NCBI GenBank assembly: GCA_947164605.1
Contig: CAMUXE010000007.1
Location: 31,419-95,418, forward strand
Length of the DNA stretch: 64,000 nucleotides
Source of the DNA: an uncultured Lachnospiraceae bacterium
GTDB lineage: Bacteria > Bacillota > Clostridia > Lachnospirales > Lachnospiraceae
Reading direction: 5' to 3'
Under the pieces are notes generated by a model that saw only the letters and a program-made list of their open reading frames with translations, was not told the origin of the DNA and did not search any database. The position numbers and the translations under genes were made by a program. Of this stretch, positions 8,203 to 16,705 are shown piece by piece (the first letter of the stretch is position 1; the number at the start of each line of letters is the position of its first letter).

Positions 8203-9786
8203 ATGGACAAAAAAAGGAAGGTTACTCTAGTATGTTTTCTTGCTATAGCTCTTATAGCACTGTTTGTGGTATTTTTTATATTTAAAAAAGCCTCTTCTAC
8301 AAAACAGACAAATGAGACAGCAAATCAAAAGCAAAGCACTTCTTCAAGCAGTCAAACAGCACAGGCAAGTCAGTCTAAGAATGATAATAAGCCAGAAGAA
8401 GCAACTTTAATTGCTACATTTACCAAGTCAAATTCTTGGGAAAGTTCAGGCAAAAAGTATGCTCAGTTCGATATGAGTATAAACAATAAAGGTGACAAGG
8501 CTGTAAGCGAGTGGACGATAGATGTTGAGACTGTTGATGGAGCAAGCATTGATAACTCTTGGAATTGTTCAATTAACATCAGTTCAGAAAACGGCAAATC
8601 AATTATCAAGATTAGTCCTGTCGATTTCAATAAAAGGATTGAAAAATCATCTTCAACTCAGGGCATAGGCTTTATTCTAAGCACACCTTCAGATGTCGAT
8701 TTAAAGACATATGAGATTGCTGCAAAAACTGAAGATGGAGCAAGTATTATCGCAAAGAGCACAGGTGAGGAATCTAAAGAAGGTGGCCAGGAAGAAGCTA
8801 AAGAAGATGCACAGCCAGCTTCAGAAGGCAATTCAGGAGACAATAGTTCAAACTCTTCATCTTCGCCTTCATATTCATCTAATAACGTTAACCCTTCAGG
8901 CATGCTTCATGTTGATGGAACAAGCTTGGTAGACGCTAATGGAAATCCTGTACAGCTCAGAGGAGTAAGTACACACGGTATCTCATGGTTCCCACAGTAT
9001 GTCAATCAAGATGCATTTGCCACAATTAAGAATGATTGGGGGGCAAATGTTGTGAGATTGGCCATGTATCCTGCTGAGTATAATGGATATTTAACAGGTG
9101 GTGATCAGTCTGGACTCAAGTCAACAATATTTGATGGAGTTGACTATGCCACAAATCTAGGCATGTACGTCTTGATTGACTGGCACGTACTAAATTACAA
9201 TCCACAGCAATACCAGGATCAGGCTATTGATTTCTTTAGCGAAATGGCTTCAAAATATAAGGATAATCCATATGTAATCTACGAAATATGTAACGAGCCA
9301 GTTGGGGCTGATTATGCATCCAATATTAAGCCATATGCAGAAAGTGTAATATCAGCTATTCGTTCAGCTGGCAGCAGTCAGTTAGTAATTGTCGGAACTA
9401 ACACCTGGTCCCAGGATGTTGACGCGGTTGTAGGCAACAAGATTGATGATCCAAATGTTATGTACACACTTCACTTCTATGCTGGAACACACAAAGACAA
9501 TATCAGAAACAAGCTGACTACAGCACTTGACGGTGGTGTACCAGTATTTGTAACCGAGTGTTCTATATGTGATGCGTCCGGTAATGGTGGAATTGATTAT
9601 GATTCTGCTTCAGCTTGGCTTGACTTACTTAACAGCAGAGGCGTTTCATTTATTGCATGGAGCTTATGCAACAAAGACGAGACTAGTGCTTTAATTAACT
9701 CTTCAAGTTCATCATTAAGCTCTTGGTCAGATTCTGAACTCTCTGATACAGGAAGATGGTTCAAGAGTGCCATAAGCGGAAACTAG
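8203..9786 (+). CDS. Membrane-anchored glycoside hydrolase family 5 endoglucanase (cellulase) with an N-terminal CBM2-like beta-sandwich module
   Basis: N-terminal TM anchor and S/T/Q linker. Trp-spaced module (SNSWESSG...SEWTIDV...NSWNCSI...GIGFIL). GH5 core LRGVSTHG...ICNEP (acid/base Glu)...HFYAGTH...VTECS (nucleophile Glu). Confidence 0.9.
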   Translation: MDKKRKVTLVCFLAIALIALFVVFFIFKKASSTKQTNETANQKQSTSSSSQTAQASQSKNDNKPEEATLIATFTKSNSWESSGKKYAQFDMSINNKGDKAVSEWTIDVETVDGASIDNSWNCSINISSENGKSIIKISPVDFNKRIEKSSSTQGIGFILSTPSDVDLKTYEIAAKTEDGASIIAKSTGEESKEGGQEEAKEDAQPASEGNSGDNSSNSSSSPSYSSNNVNPSGMLHVDGTSLVDANGNPVQLRGVSTHGISWFPQYVNQDAFATIKNDWGANVVRLAMYPAEYNGYLTGGDQSGLKSTIFDGVDYATNLGMYVLIDWHVLNYNPQQYQDQAIDFFSEMASKYKDNPYVIYEICNEPVGADYASNIKPYAESVISAIRSAGSSQLVIVGTNTWSQDVDAVVGNKIDDPNVMYTLHFYAGTHKDNIRNKLTTALDGGVPVFVTECSICDASGNGGIDYDSASAWLDLLNSRGVSFIAWSLCNKDETSALINSSSSSLSSWSDSELSDTGRWFKSAISGN

Positions 9787-9810
9787 TAAAATACTCTACT
9801 TAGAGATTTT

Positions 9811-9877
9811 CCCTAATTTTTATATCTCTGAATAAGGCGATAGTCTTATGGTCGGGATATAAAGATTAGGGGTTTTT
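9811..9877 (+). terminator. Long hairpin + T-run terminating the GH5 gene
   Basis: CCCTAATTTTTATATC (9811-9826) pairs with GATATAAAGATTAGGG (9856-9871) with one mismatch, followed by TTTTT. Confidence 0.6.
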
Positions 9878-9924
9878 AAATTAAGATAGGGTAGTCTCTG
9901 AAATAAATAGGATATTTCTTTGCA

Positions 9925-9964
9925 TAAAAAAAAGACTCTAGACGAGGGGGTATGTCTAGAGTCT
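9925..9964 (-). terminator. Intrinsic terminator of rpsT
   Basis: AGACTCTAGAC (9933-9943) pairs with GTCTAGAGTCT (9954-9964). The A8 run on the + strand gives a U-run on the - strand. Confidence 0.75.
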
Positions 9965-9989
9965 TTAAAAAATTCATATTAATTTCAAA

Positions 9990-10253
9990 TTAGTTCATTG
10001 AAGAAACTGCTTTTGAAATACGAGAAATCTTTCTAGAAGCTGTGTTCTTGTGGAAGATTCCCTTTGAAGTAGCCTTGCTGATCTCAGCGATAGCTAATGG
10101 AAGAGCAGCTTCTGCAGCAGCCTTATCGTTCTCAGCAACAGCAGCCTCAACCTTCTTGATATATGTCTTAACCTTAGACTTAATAGCCTTGTTTCTGTCA
10201 GCTCTTGCCTGGCTTGTTAAAATTCTTTTCTTAGCAGATTTAATGTTAGCCAA
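9990..10253 (-). CDS. rpsT: 30S ribosomal protein S20
   Basis: 87 aa, MANIKSAKKRILTSQARADRNKAIKSKVKT..., a canonical S20 N-terminus. Confidence 0.97.
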   Translation of the reverse strand: MANIKSAKKRILTSQARADRNKAIKSKVKTYIKKVEAAVAENDKAAAEAALPLAIAEISKATSKGIFHKNTASRKISRISKAVSSMN

Positions 10254-10338
10254 ATCTGTACACCTCCAATTATAAATTGATTAAATTAAGTGTTGAATCA
10301 AGTCCGGACACGGACGTCTTGTTCAAACATACTTGAAT

Positions 10339-10367
10339 ATTTTAGTATATTATCTAGCTTATGTCAA
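10339..10367 (-). promoter_or_regulatory. Predicted sigma-A promoter of rpsT
   Basis: On the minus strand: TTGACA, 17 nt spacer, TAAAAT, about 80 nt upstream of the rpsT start. Confidence 0.55.
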
Positions 10368-10683
10368 CATAAATCTACAATATTTATGAGAAGCTCTATA
10401 AAAAGCTTAAATTCAGCCTTATCTGAATCTTCTGAAAAAAATAGTAAAAAAACTTATTAAATTTGTAAAAAAAATAGTAGTTAACTCAAAACAATAGAGT
10501 TAATATATTGCCATAGATATCTATCTGACAATTGTCATTTCTAAAAATTAAGCTATAGGCTTAAATTTCTAAAGATACAGTCATTTCTTTTATATATGAC
10601 ATTCATAACTGTATCATCTTATTTTGATTTAATCAAATCATTTTATTCCACATCAATTTTCATATCATTTAAAAGGAGAAATT

Positions 10684-11640
10684 ATGTTATATCAGAGTTT
10701 TATTGAAGAAGTATGTAACAGTGTTAGTGGCCTTACTAAGTCCGGTGAGCAGGTCAATGTCCACAAGGTTCTTAAAAATAACGGATTAGAATTAGATGGC
10801 TTGGTTATAGTTTCTGATGAATGCAATGTAGTTCCGACAATATATATCAATTCATATTTTAATCAGTACTTAACTGGCAAAAGTATTGATACCATTGCAG
10901 AAGAAATCTATCACTTTTATCTGCAAAATAAAAACAAATGTCAGTTAGATGTAAACTCTTTTTCAGAATTTGAAAATATCAAAGATATGATAGCTTATAA
11001 AATTATCAATTATGAAAGAAATATCGATCTCCTTAAAGACATCCCCTATAAGAAAATTCTTGATTTAGCCATTGTTTTTTATTTGAAATTGAATAAGGAC
11101 ATCACAGGTGACTTCGATGCTGCAAGTGCGTCTATATTGATACATAACAGTCATTTAGATATGTGGGGTATAGATATAGAAAAACTTTACGATATAGCCA
11201 CTGCTAATACACCAGGCATCTTAAAATCAAGAATTAAGTCTATCAACACAATTATCAATGAGATTGGTCAAAACAAAGATGAGACATTTTCTGACCTAAA
11301 ATTGAACAAGAAAGGTATGCAGATAGACTATAATGAGGTCATAACTGGCAATGCCCTAGAAATGTATATATTGACCAATGCTGAGAAAACCAATGGAGCC
11401 TCTTGCATGTTTTACAAAGATGTATTAAAGGAATTCTCTAAAGCTTTAGGTGGTGACTTATATATTCTGCCATCATCAATCCATGAGGTAATCCTGCTCA
11501 AAAAAGATAATCATAATCTTGTAAAATCTGACTTAATAGAGATGGTACACGAGGTAAATGTCGAGGAAGTAGCAGACGATGAGATTTTATCTGATAATGT
11601 ATATGAATACAACTTTGAGAGGGATGAGATAAGCATTTAA
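10684..11640 (+). CDS. Hypothetical protein (resembles, from memory, the DUF5688 family common in Clostridia; not verifiable here)
   Basis: 318-aa ORF with a strong RBS (AAAGGAGA). It has the motifs NVVPTIYINSYF and DLYILPSSIHEVILL. There is no TM segment or signal peptide. Confidence 0.6.
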   Translation: MLYQSFIEEVCNSVSGLTKSGEQVNVHKVLKNNGLELDGLVIVSDECNVVPTIYINSYFNQYLTGKSIDTIAEEIYHFYLQNKNKCQLDVNSFSEFENIKDMIAYKIINYERNIDLLKDIPYKKILDLAIVFYLKLNKDITGDFDAASASILIHNSHLDMWGIDIEKLYDIATANTPGILKSRIKSINTIINEIGQNKDETFSDLKLNKKGMQIDYNEVITGNALEMYILTNAEKTNGASCMFYKDVLKEFSKALGGDLYILPSSIHEVILLKKDNHNLVKSDLIEMVHEVNVEEVADDEILSDNVYEYNFERDEISI

Positions 11641-11761
11641 AAGAATTGAGATATGCATTTAAAGAGTTTTAAAATCATCTCTCGAGAAATCATTACAATT
11701 TTATGAATAAATAGACCTTAAAAGGAAAGCATAAGGTTCTTAATAATACTAAAAAAGGCAA

Positions 11762-11833
11762 TGCGCATGACGAGAATCGAACTCGTATTTTTCGCTCCGG
11801 AGGCAAACGCTCTATCCATTAAGCTACATGCGC
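11762..11833 (-). tRNA. tRNA-Arg (anticodon CCG), CCA not encoded
   Basis: The reverse complement folds as a cloverleaf: acceptor GCGCATG/CATGCGC, D arm GCTT-AATGGATA-GAGC, anticodon arm TTTGC-CTCCGGA-GCGAA, T arm ACGAG-TTCGATT-CTCGT. Length 72 nt. Confidence 0.9.
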
Positions 11834-11934
11834 ATTGCATTTAATATACAATAGCTGCTTAATTTTGTAAAGAAATAAAAATATGCTATAATCACTGAGT
11901 ATGAATTTTTACATGAAAATAATTGAGGAATTAT

Positions 11935-12648
11935 ATGAGAATAAATAAATATCTAAGTGATTGTGGCTTTTGTTCGAGGAGAGAAGCTGATAGAAGAATT
12001 GAGGCCAAAGAGATAGTTATAAATGGCCAGATTGCAACTCTTGGCAGCCAAGTCGAAGAAGGTGATTTAGTCACCTGCAAGGGACAGATTATAAAAAAAG
12101 AGACTTCATATAAGCTTCTTGCTGTAAATAAGCCTGTTGGTATTGTTTGCACCACAACAGACAAGCAGGGCGATAACAATATCATTAATTTTTTAAACTT
12201 AAGTGAATACATGTACCCTGTTGGCAGACTTGATAAGGATTCATCAGGTCTCCTTCTTCTGACCAACAACGGTCAGCTGATGGATAACATATTGAGATCC
12301 AGCAATAATCACGAAAAAGAATACATTGTAAAAGTTGATAAGCCTATTAATCGAGAATTCATAAAAAAAATGAGTTCAGGTGTAAAGCTAAAAGAACTGA
12401 ATAGGGTGACAAATCCTTGTAAGGTTTTTAAACTTGACGATTATAGCTTCAAAATTATCCTTACCCAGGGCTTAAACAGACAGATAAGACGTATGTGTCA
12501 GGCATTTGGTCGCGAGGTAATATCTCTTAAAAGGGTCAGAATTATGAATATAATGCTAGGTGACCTTAAAGAGGGGGCTTGCAGACCAGTAACAGGTAAG
12601 GAATACAACGAATTATTAAAGCTATGCGGAATGAAGCTGGAGGATTGA
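11935..12648 (+). CDS. rluF: 23S rRNA pseudouridine synthase, RsuA/RluF family (S4 domain + PseudoU_synth_2)
   Basis: MRINKYLSDCGFCSRREADRRI (S4), catalytic GRLDKDSSGLLLLTN, and TQGLNRQIRRMC. The ATG at 11935 follows a GAGGA RBS. Confidence 0.8.
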   Translation: MRINKYLSDCGFCSRREADRRIEAKEIVINGQIATLGSQVEEGDLVTCKGQIIKKETSYKLLAVNKPVGIVCTTTDKQGDNNIINFLNLSEYMYPVGRLDKDSSGLLLLTNNGQLMDNILRSSNNHEKEYIVKVDKPINREFIKKMSSGVKLKELNRVTNPCKVFKLDDYSFKIILTQGLNRQIRRMCQAFGREVISLKRVRIMNIMLGDLKEGACRPVTGKEYNELLKLCGMKLED

Positions 12649-12649
12649 T

Positions 12650-14617
12650 ATGTACGAAGATAAAAAAACACTTATGAGAAGTCTTGTTGACACCTTGAAT
12701 AAGGCCGGAAAAGCTTATTATTCTGAAGGCCGTGAAATAATGTCTAATTTTGAATATGATAAATTATATGACCAGCTTGTAGAACTCGAAAAAGAGACTG
12801 ACACAGTATTTTCTGACAGTCCTACAATACATGTAGGCTATGAAGCAGTTTCAGAGCTCCCAAAAGAAAGACATCCTTCGCCAATGCTTTCTTTGAGTAA
12901 AACAAAGGATCCAGAAGAATTAGTCAGCTGGGTTAAGGATCAAAAGGCTTTGCTGTCTTGGAAACTAGATGGATTAACCATTGTACTCACCTATATGGAC
13001 GGCCAGCTCTATAAGGCTGTAACTCGTGGTAACGGTGAGATTGGTGAAATTATAACCAACAATGCAAAGGTATTTGCTAATCTTCCTCTGAAAATCCCTT
13101 ATAAGGGTCAGCTTGTCATAAGAGGAGAGGCTCTAATCAAATATTCTGACTTCAATAGAATTAATGAAAATATTCCAGAGCTTGACGCGAAGTACAAGAA
13201 TCCAAGAAATCTGTGTTCTGGATCCGTAAGACAGCTCAACAATGAAATTACAGCCCAGAGAAATGTTAACTTCTTTGCTTTTATGCTTGTCTCTGCAAGT
13301 GACGTTGACTTTAAGAATTCAAGAGCCTATCAATTTGAATGGCTTAAAAAGCAAGGATTCGACACAGTTGACTACAGGATGGTTGACTCAAGCAATCTTC
13401 TTGAAAATATAGAGTATTTTAAGTCTCAGATAAGCCAAAATGACTTTCCATCTGACGGCTTGGTAATTCTATATGATGATATTGCCTATGGTCAGTCTCT
13501 TGGTATAACAGCCAAGTATCCTAGAAATTCCATGGCTTTTAAATGGATGGATGAAACTAGTGAGACAATACTTAGAAGTATTGAATGGTCTGCTTCAAGG
13601 ACAGGTCTTATAAATCCTGTTGCTATATTTGACACGGTAGAACTTGAAGGTACCAATGTATCAAGAGCCAGTGTACATAATATCAGTGTTATGCGCTCTT
13701 TAAAGCTTGGTATAGGGGATAGAATTAAGGTTTTTAAAGCCAATATGATTATCCCTCAAATAGCTGAGAATCTTACCCAGTCTGACAATATAGAAATTCC
13801 TGAAAGCTGTCCTGTATGTGGCTTTAAAACCTCTTTGAGAAATATAAACGATGTGACAACCCTCTATTGTGATAATCCTGATTGCCAGGCAAAACATGTT
13901 AAGAGCTTTTCTCACTTTGTTTCCAGGGATGCCATGAATATTGACGGCCTTTCAGAACAAACCCTAGAAAAGTTCATTCAGATGGGCTTTATTAAGGATT
14001 ATGCAGATCTTTACAGAATAGATCGTTATAAAGATCAGATTATCGAACTGGACGGTTTTGGAAAGAAATCCTATGACAAATTAATAAAGGCACTTGAAGA
14101 ATCAAAAAAGACAAACCTTGTCCGTCTCTTATATGGTCTTGGAATTCCGGGTATAGGGCTGGCTGGAACAAAGCTAATTGTTAAAAAATACGGCAAGGAT
14201 CCAGCATCTATAATTGATTTAAGTCTTGAAGAATTAACAATTATAGATGGAATGGGTGAAGTTCTAGCTAAGTCCTATGTCGATTTCTTCAAGGAAACTG
14301 CCATGAGAAAGGAATATTTCAGTCTTTTAGACCTAGTGGAATTTGAAATCCCAGATGATCAAGCAAGTTCTCAGGGCAATATCCTAGAGGGAAAGACCTT
14401 TGTCATAACTGGCTCCTTAAATCATTTTGATAATAGAAGTCTCTTGAAGGAAAAGATTGAAGCCTTGGGAGGCAAAGCAACAGATTCAGTGACTAAAAAG
14501 ACTACTTACCTGATTAACAATGACAAGGAATCAACTTCATCTAAGAATAAGAAGGCTCAAAGTCTTGGCATACCAATCATTTCTGAAGATGACTTTTTAG
14601 AGATGATAAAAGAATAA
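12650..14617 (+). CDS. ligA: NAD-dependent DNA ligase
   Basis: 655 aa with adenylation motif KLDGL, Zn finger CPVCG...C.NP.C, HhH region and a C-terminal BRCT domain (GKTFVITGSL). Confidence 0.95.
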   Translation: MYEDKKTLMRSLVDTLNKAGKAYYSEGREIMSNFEYDKLYDQLVELEKETDTVFSDSPTIHVGYEAVSELPKERHPSPMLSLSKTKDPEELVSWVKDQKALLSWKLDGLTIVLTYMDGQLYKAVTRGNGEIGEIITNNAKVFANLPLKIPYKGQLVIRGEALIKYSDFNRINENIPELDAKYKNPRNLCSGSVRQLNNEITAQRNVNFFAFMLVSASDVDFKNSRAYQFEWLKKQGFDTVDYRMVDSSNLLENIEYFKSQISQNDFPSDGLVILYDDIAYGQSLGITAKYPRNSMAFKWMDETSETILRSIEWSASRTGLINPVAIFDTVELEGTNVSRASVHNISVMRSLKLGIGDRIKVFKANMIIPQIAENLTQSDNIEIPESCPVCGFKTSLRNINDVTTLYCDNPDCQAKHVKSFSHFVSRDAMNIDGLSEQTLEKFIQMGFIKDYADLYRIDRYKDQIIELDGFGKKSYDKLIKALEESKKTNLVRLLYGLGIPGIGLAGTKLIVKKYGKDPASIIDLSLEELTIIDGMGEVLAKSYVDFFKETAMRKEYFSLLDLVEFEIPDDQASSQGNILEGKTFVITGSLNHFDNRSLLKEKIEALGGKATDSVTKKTTYLINNDKESTSSKNKKAQSLGIPIISEDDFLEMIKE

Positions 14618-14749
14618 ATCATAAACATGCATGCCTATTATACTTGACATATGCTGTAAAATAGTTTTATAGCTTGCATGAGCATAATTTTTAAGACCTA
14701 TTAATTTCAAATTTACCATGCAAGAAATCTTTCACTGGAGGTGCAACAT

Positions 14750-15670
14750 ATGCCAATTAAAATTCAAAGTGATTTGCCGGCTAAGGCAGAACTGGAAGAT
14801 GAAAATATATTTGTCATGGATGAATCGAGAGCCTTATCTCAGGATTTCCGTGCTCTTCACATACTTATTCTGAACTTAATGCCAATCAAGCAGGATACTG
14901 AATTACAGCTGCTCAGAGCTCTTTCAAACACTCCTTTGCAGATTGATATTACTTTCTTACAGATGGCATCACATGTTTCTAAGAATACATCTTCATCACA
15001 TATTAAAAAATTCTATGAAAGATTTGATGATATTAAAGACAATAAATATGATGGCATGATCATCACTGGTGCTCCTGTTGAAAAGCTTGAATTCTGTGAA
15101 GTTAACTACTGGGATGAGCTCACAAAAGTAATGGAATGGTCTAAAAGTCATGTAACTTCTACTTTCCATATATGTTGGGGAGCTCAGGCTGGACTTTATT
15201 ACCACTTTAATATAGGCAAGAAATTACTGGATAGAAAACTTTCAGGTATCTATAAGCATAAGGTGATGAACAGGAAAGAACCTCTTGTCAGAGGATTTGA
15301 CGATATCTTTAATGCTCCTCACTCAAGACATACAGAAGCTGATAGAGAAGCGATTTTAAAGAATCCTGCTTTAAAAGTACTTGCTGATTCTGATGAAGCT
15401 GGTATTTATATTGTGATAGCAGGAGAGGGCAAGCAAATTTTTGTTATGGGTCATCCAGAATATGACAGATACACTCTTGATAATGAATTCAAGAGAGATC
15501 TTGAGAAAGAACTCGATGATGTGGATATGCCAGTAAACTATTACCCTGAAGATGACTATACAAGAAGACCAATTCTATCCTGGAGAAGCCATGCTAACAA
15601 CCTATATACAAACTGGCTTAACTACTATGTATATCAGGTTACTCCTTATGATCTTTCAGAAATACACTAA
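14750..15670 (+). CDS. metA: Homoserine O-acyltransferase (MetA family)
   Basis: MPIKIQSDLPA...ILILNLMP...HICWGAQA...HSRHT. The ATG at 14750 is preceded by GGAGG. Confidence 0.93.
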   Translation: MPIKIQSDLPAKAELEDENIFVMDESRALSQDFRALHILILNLMPIKQDTELQLLRALSNTPLQIDITFLQMASHVSKNTSSSHIKKFYERFDDIKDNKYDGMIITGAPVEKLEFCEVNYWDELTKVMEWSKSHVTSTFHICWGAQAGLYYHFNIGKKLLDRKLSGIYKHKVMNRKEPLVRGFDDIFNAPHSRHTEADREAILKNPALKVLADSDEAGIYIVIAGEGKQIFVMGHPEYDRYTLDNEFKRDLEKELDDVDMPVNYYPEDDYTRRPILSWRSHANNLYTNWLNYYVYQVTPYDLSEIH

Positions 15671-15695
15671 GCTAAAATTGAATTGGAGATAAATC

Positions 15696-15974
15696 ATGAT
15701 TGACGAAAATTTAATTCTTCCTTTTAATTTTTTCTCCTATAATGGTGTCTACACCGGAGAAGAAGGCGAAATGCGCTACAGAATTTCTCATCACAAAGAT
15801 GCTGACAAGGATGAAAATAGCTTAAGAATTCAGGTTTGGCAGGGGCCTTTTGCATATCAGCCTTCACTTGAAAGTGGTATAGAGATTATTGAAGAAGATT
15901 TTGAATTTTCAGCAGAGGGAAGACTTGCAGCTATAGCAAGGATTAAAGAGCTTATTGCCAGCAGTGACAATTAA
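15696..15974 (+). CDS. Small hypothetical protein (92 aa), probably co-transcribed with metA
   Basis: ORF with a GGAG RBS 25 nt after the metA stop, followed by a terminator-like structure. No recognisable motif. Confidence 0.5.
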   Translation: MIDENLILPFNFFSYNGVYTGEEGEMRYRISHHKDADKDENSLRIQVWQGPFAYQPSLESGIEIIEEDFEFSAEGRLAAIARIKELIASSDN

Positions 15975-16000
15975 GATTTAAATTAAATTATTTTATCAAA

Positions 16001-16090
16001 GAAAAGCGAAATTACTAGAAAGCTTCTTTCCTAACTCTTATAGAAGAGTTAAGGAAGAAATACTTATCATGGTATTTTCGCTTTTTTTAT
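16001..16090 (+). terminator. Compound hairpin + T-run ending the metA unit
   Basis: Outer stem AAAAGCGAAA / TTTCGCTTTT encloses the inner hairpin TCCTAACTCTT-ATA-GAAGAGTTAAGGA, followed by a T7 run. Confidence 0.55.
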
Positions 16091-16109
16091 ATTTTTAAGA
16101 GTCAATTTA

Positions 16110-16162
16110 TTGAAAACATGTAGCCTGCTACATATAATATTTAAATATGTAGCCTGCTACAT
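16110..16162 (+). promoter_or_regulatory. Promoter (TTGAAA-17-TATAAT) overlapped by two identical 16-bp palindromic operators ATGTAGCCTGCTACAT
   Basis: -35 at 16110-16115 and -10 at 16133-16138. The palindrome lies at 16118-16133 (inside the spacer) and at 16147-16162 (about +1 to +20), directly upstream of a MarR gene. Confidence 0.7.
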
Positions 16163-16214
16163 TTAATCAGATGATAAGAATTAGTTTTCTTTTAAGCAAA
16201 TGAAAGGAGAAAAG

Positions 16215-16652
16215 ATGTTTAAAATTGACCAAGTGCCCTTAGCTTTTAAATTTAAACTTATACACGATCAGTTCGTAAGAATAATCAATTTAGGTTTAAA
16301 AGAAGACAGGCTTACCAATGCTCAGATGGAATTGCTTATCTATTTAAAAAACAATTCAACACATGATGTCACTCAAAAAGAAATATGTGAATCTATGCAT
16401 GTTACACATCCTACGGTTATTGGCCTGATTGACCGCCTAGAAGACAAAAATTTAGTTCAAAGGCATACTAATCCCTTAAACAAAAGATTTAAAACAATAA
16501 GACTGACACCTGACGGTCAAGCAATCCTTGATAAACATAAAAAATTCAGGGAAAATACTTCAGAGATTATCTTGCACTGTATGAGTCAAGAGGAGACTGA
16601 AATCTTAAATAGCCTTTTGATAAAGGTATATGATAATTTGAGCAAAGTATAA
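16215..16652 (+). CDS. MarR-family transcriptional regulator
   Basis: Winged-HTH pattern TNAQMELLIYL...TQKEICESMHVTHPTVIGLIDRLEDKNLVQR...D.R. The ATG at 16215 is preceded by AAAGGAGA. Confidence 0.88.
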   Translation: MFKIDQVPLAFKFKLIHDQFVRIINLGLKEDRLTNAQMELLIYLKNNSTHDVTQKEICESMHVTHPTVIGLIDRLEDKNLVQRHTNPLNKRFKTIRLTPDGQAILDKHKKFRENTSEIILHCMSQEETEILNSLLIKVYDNLSKV

Positions 16653-16705
16653 GTCTATTAAGGACTTATATTTTCTTAAAAATAATTAAAATATGGAGGT
16701 TAATT

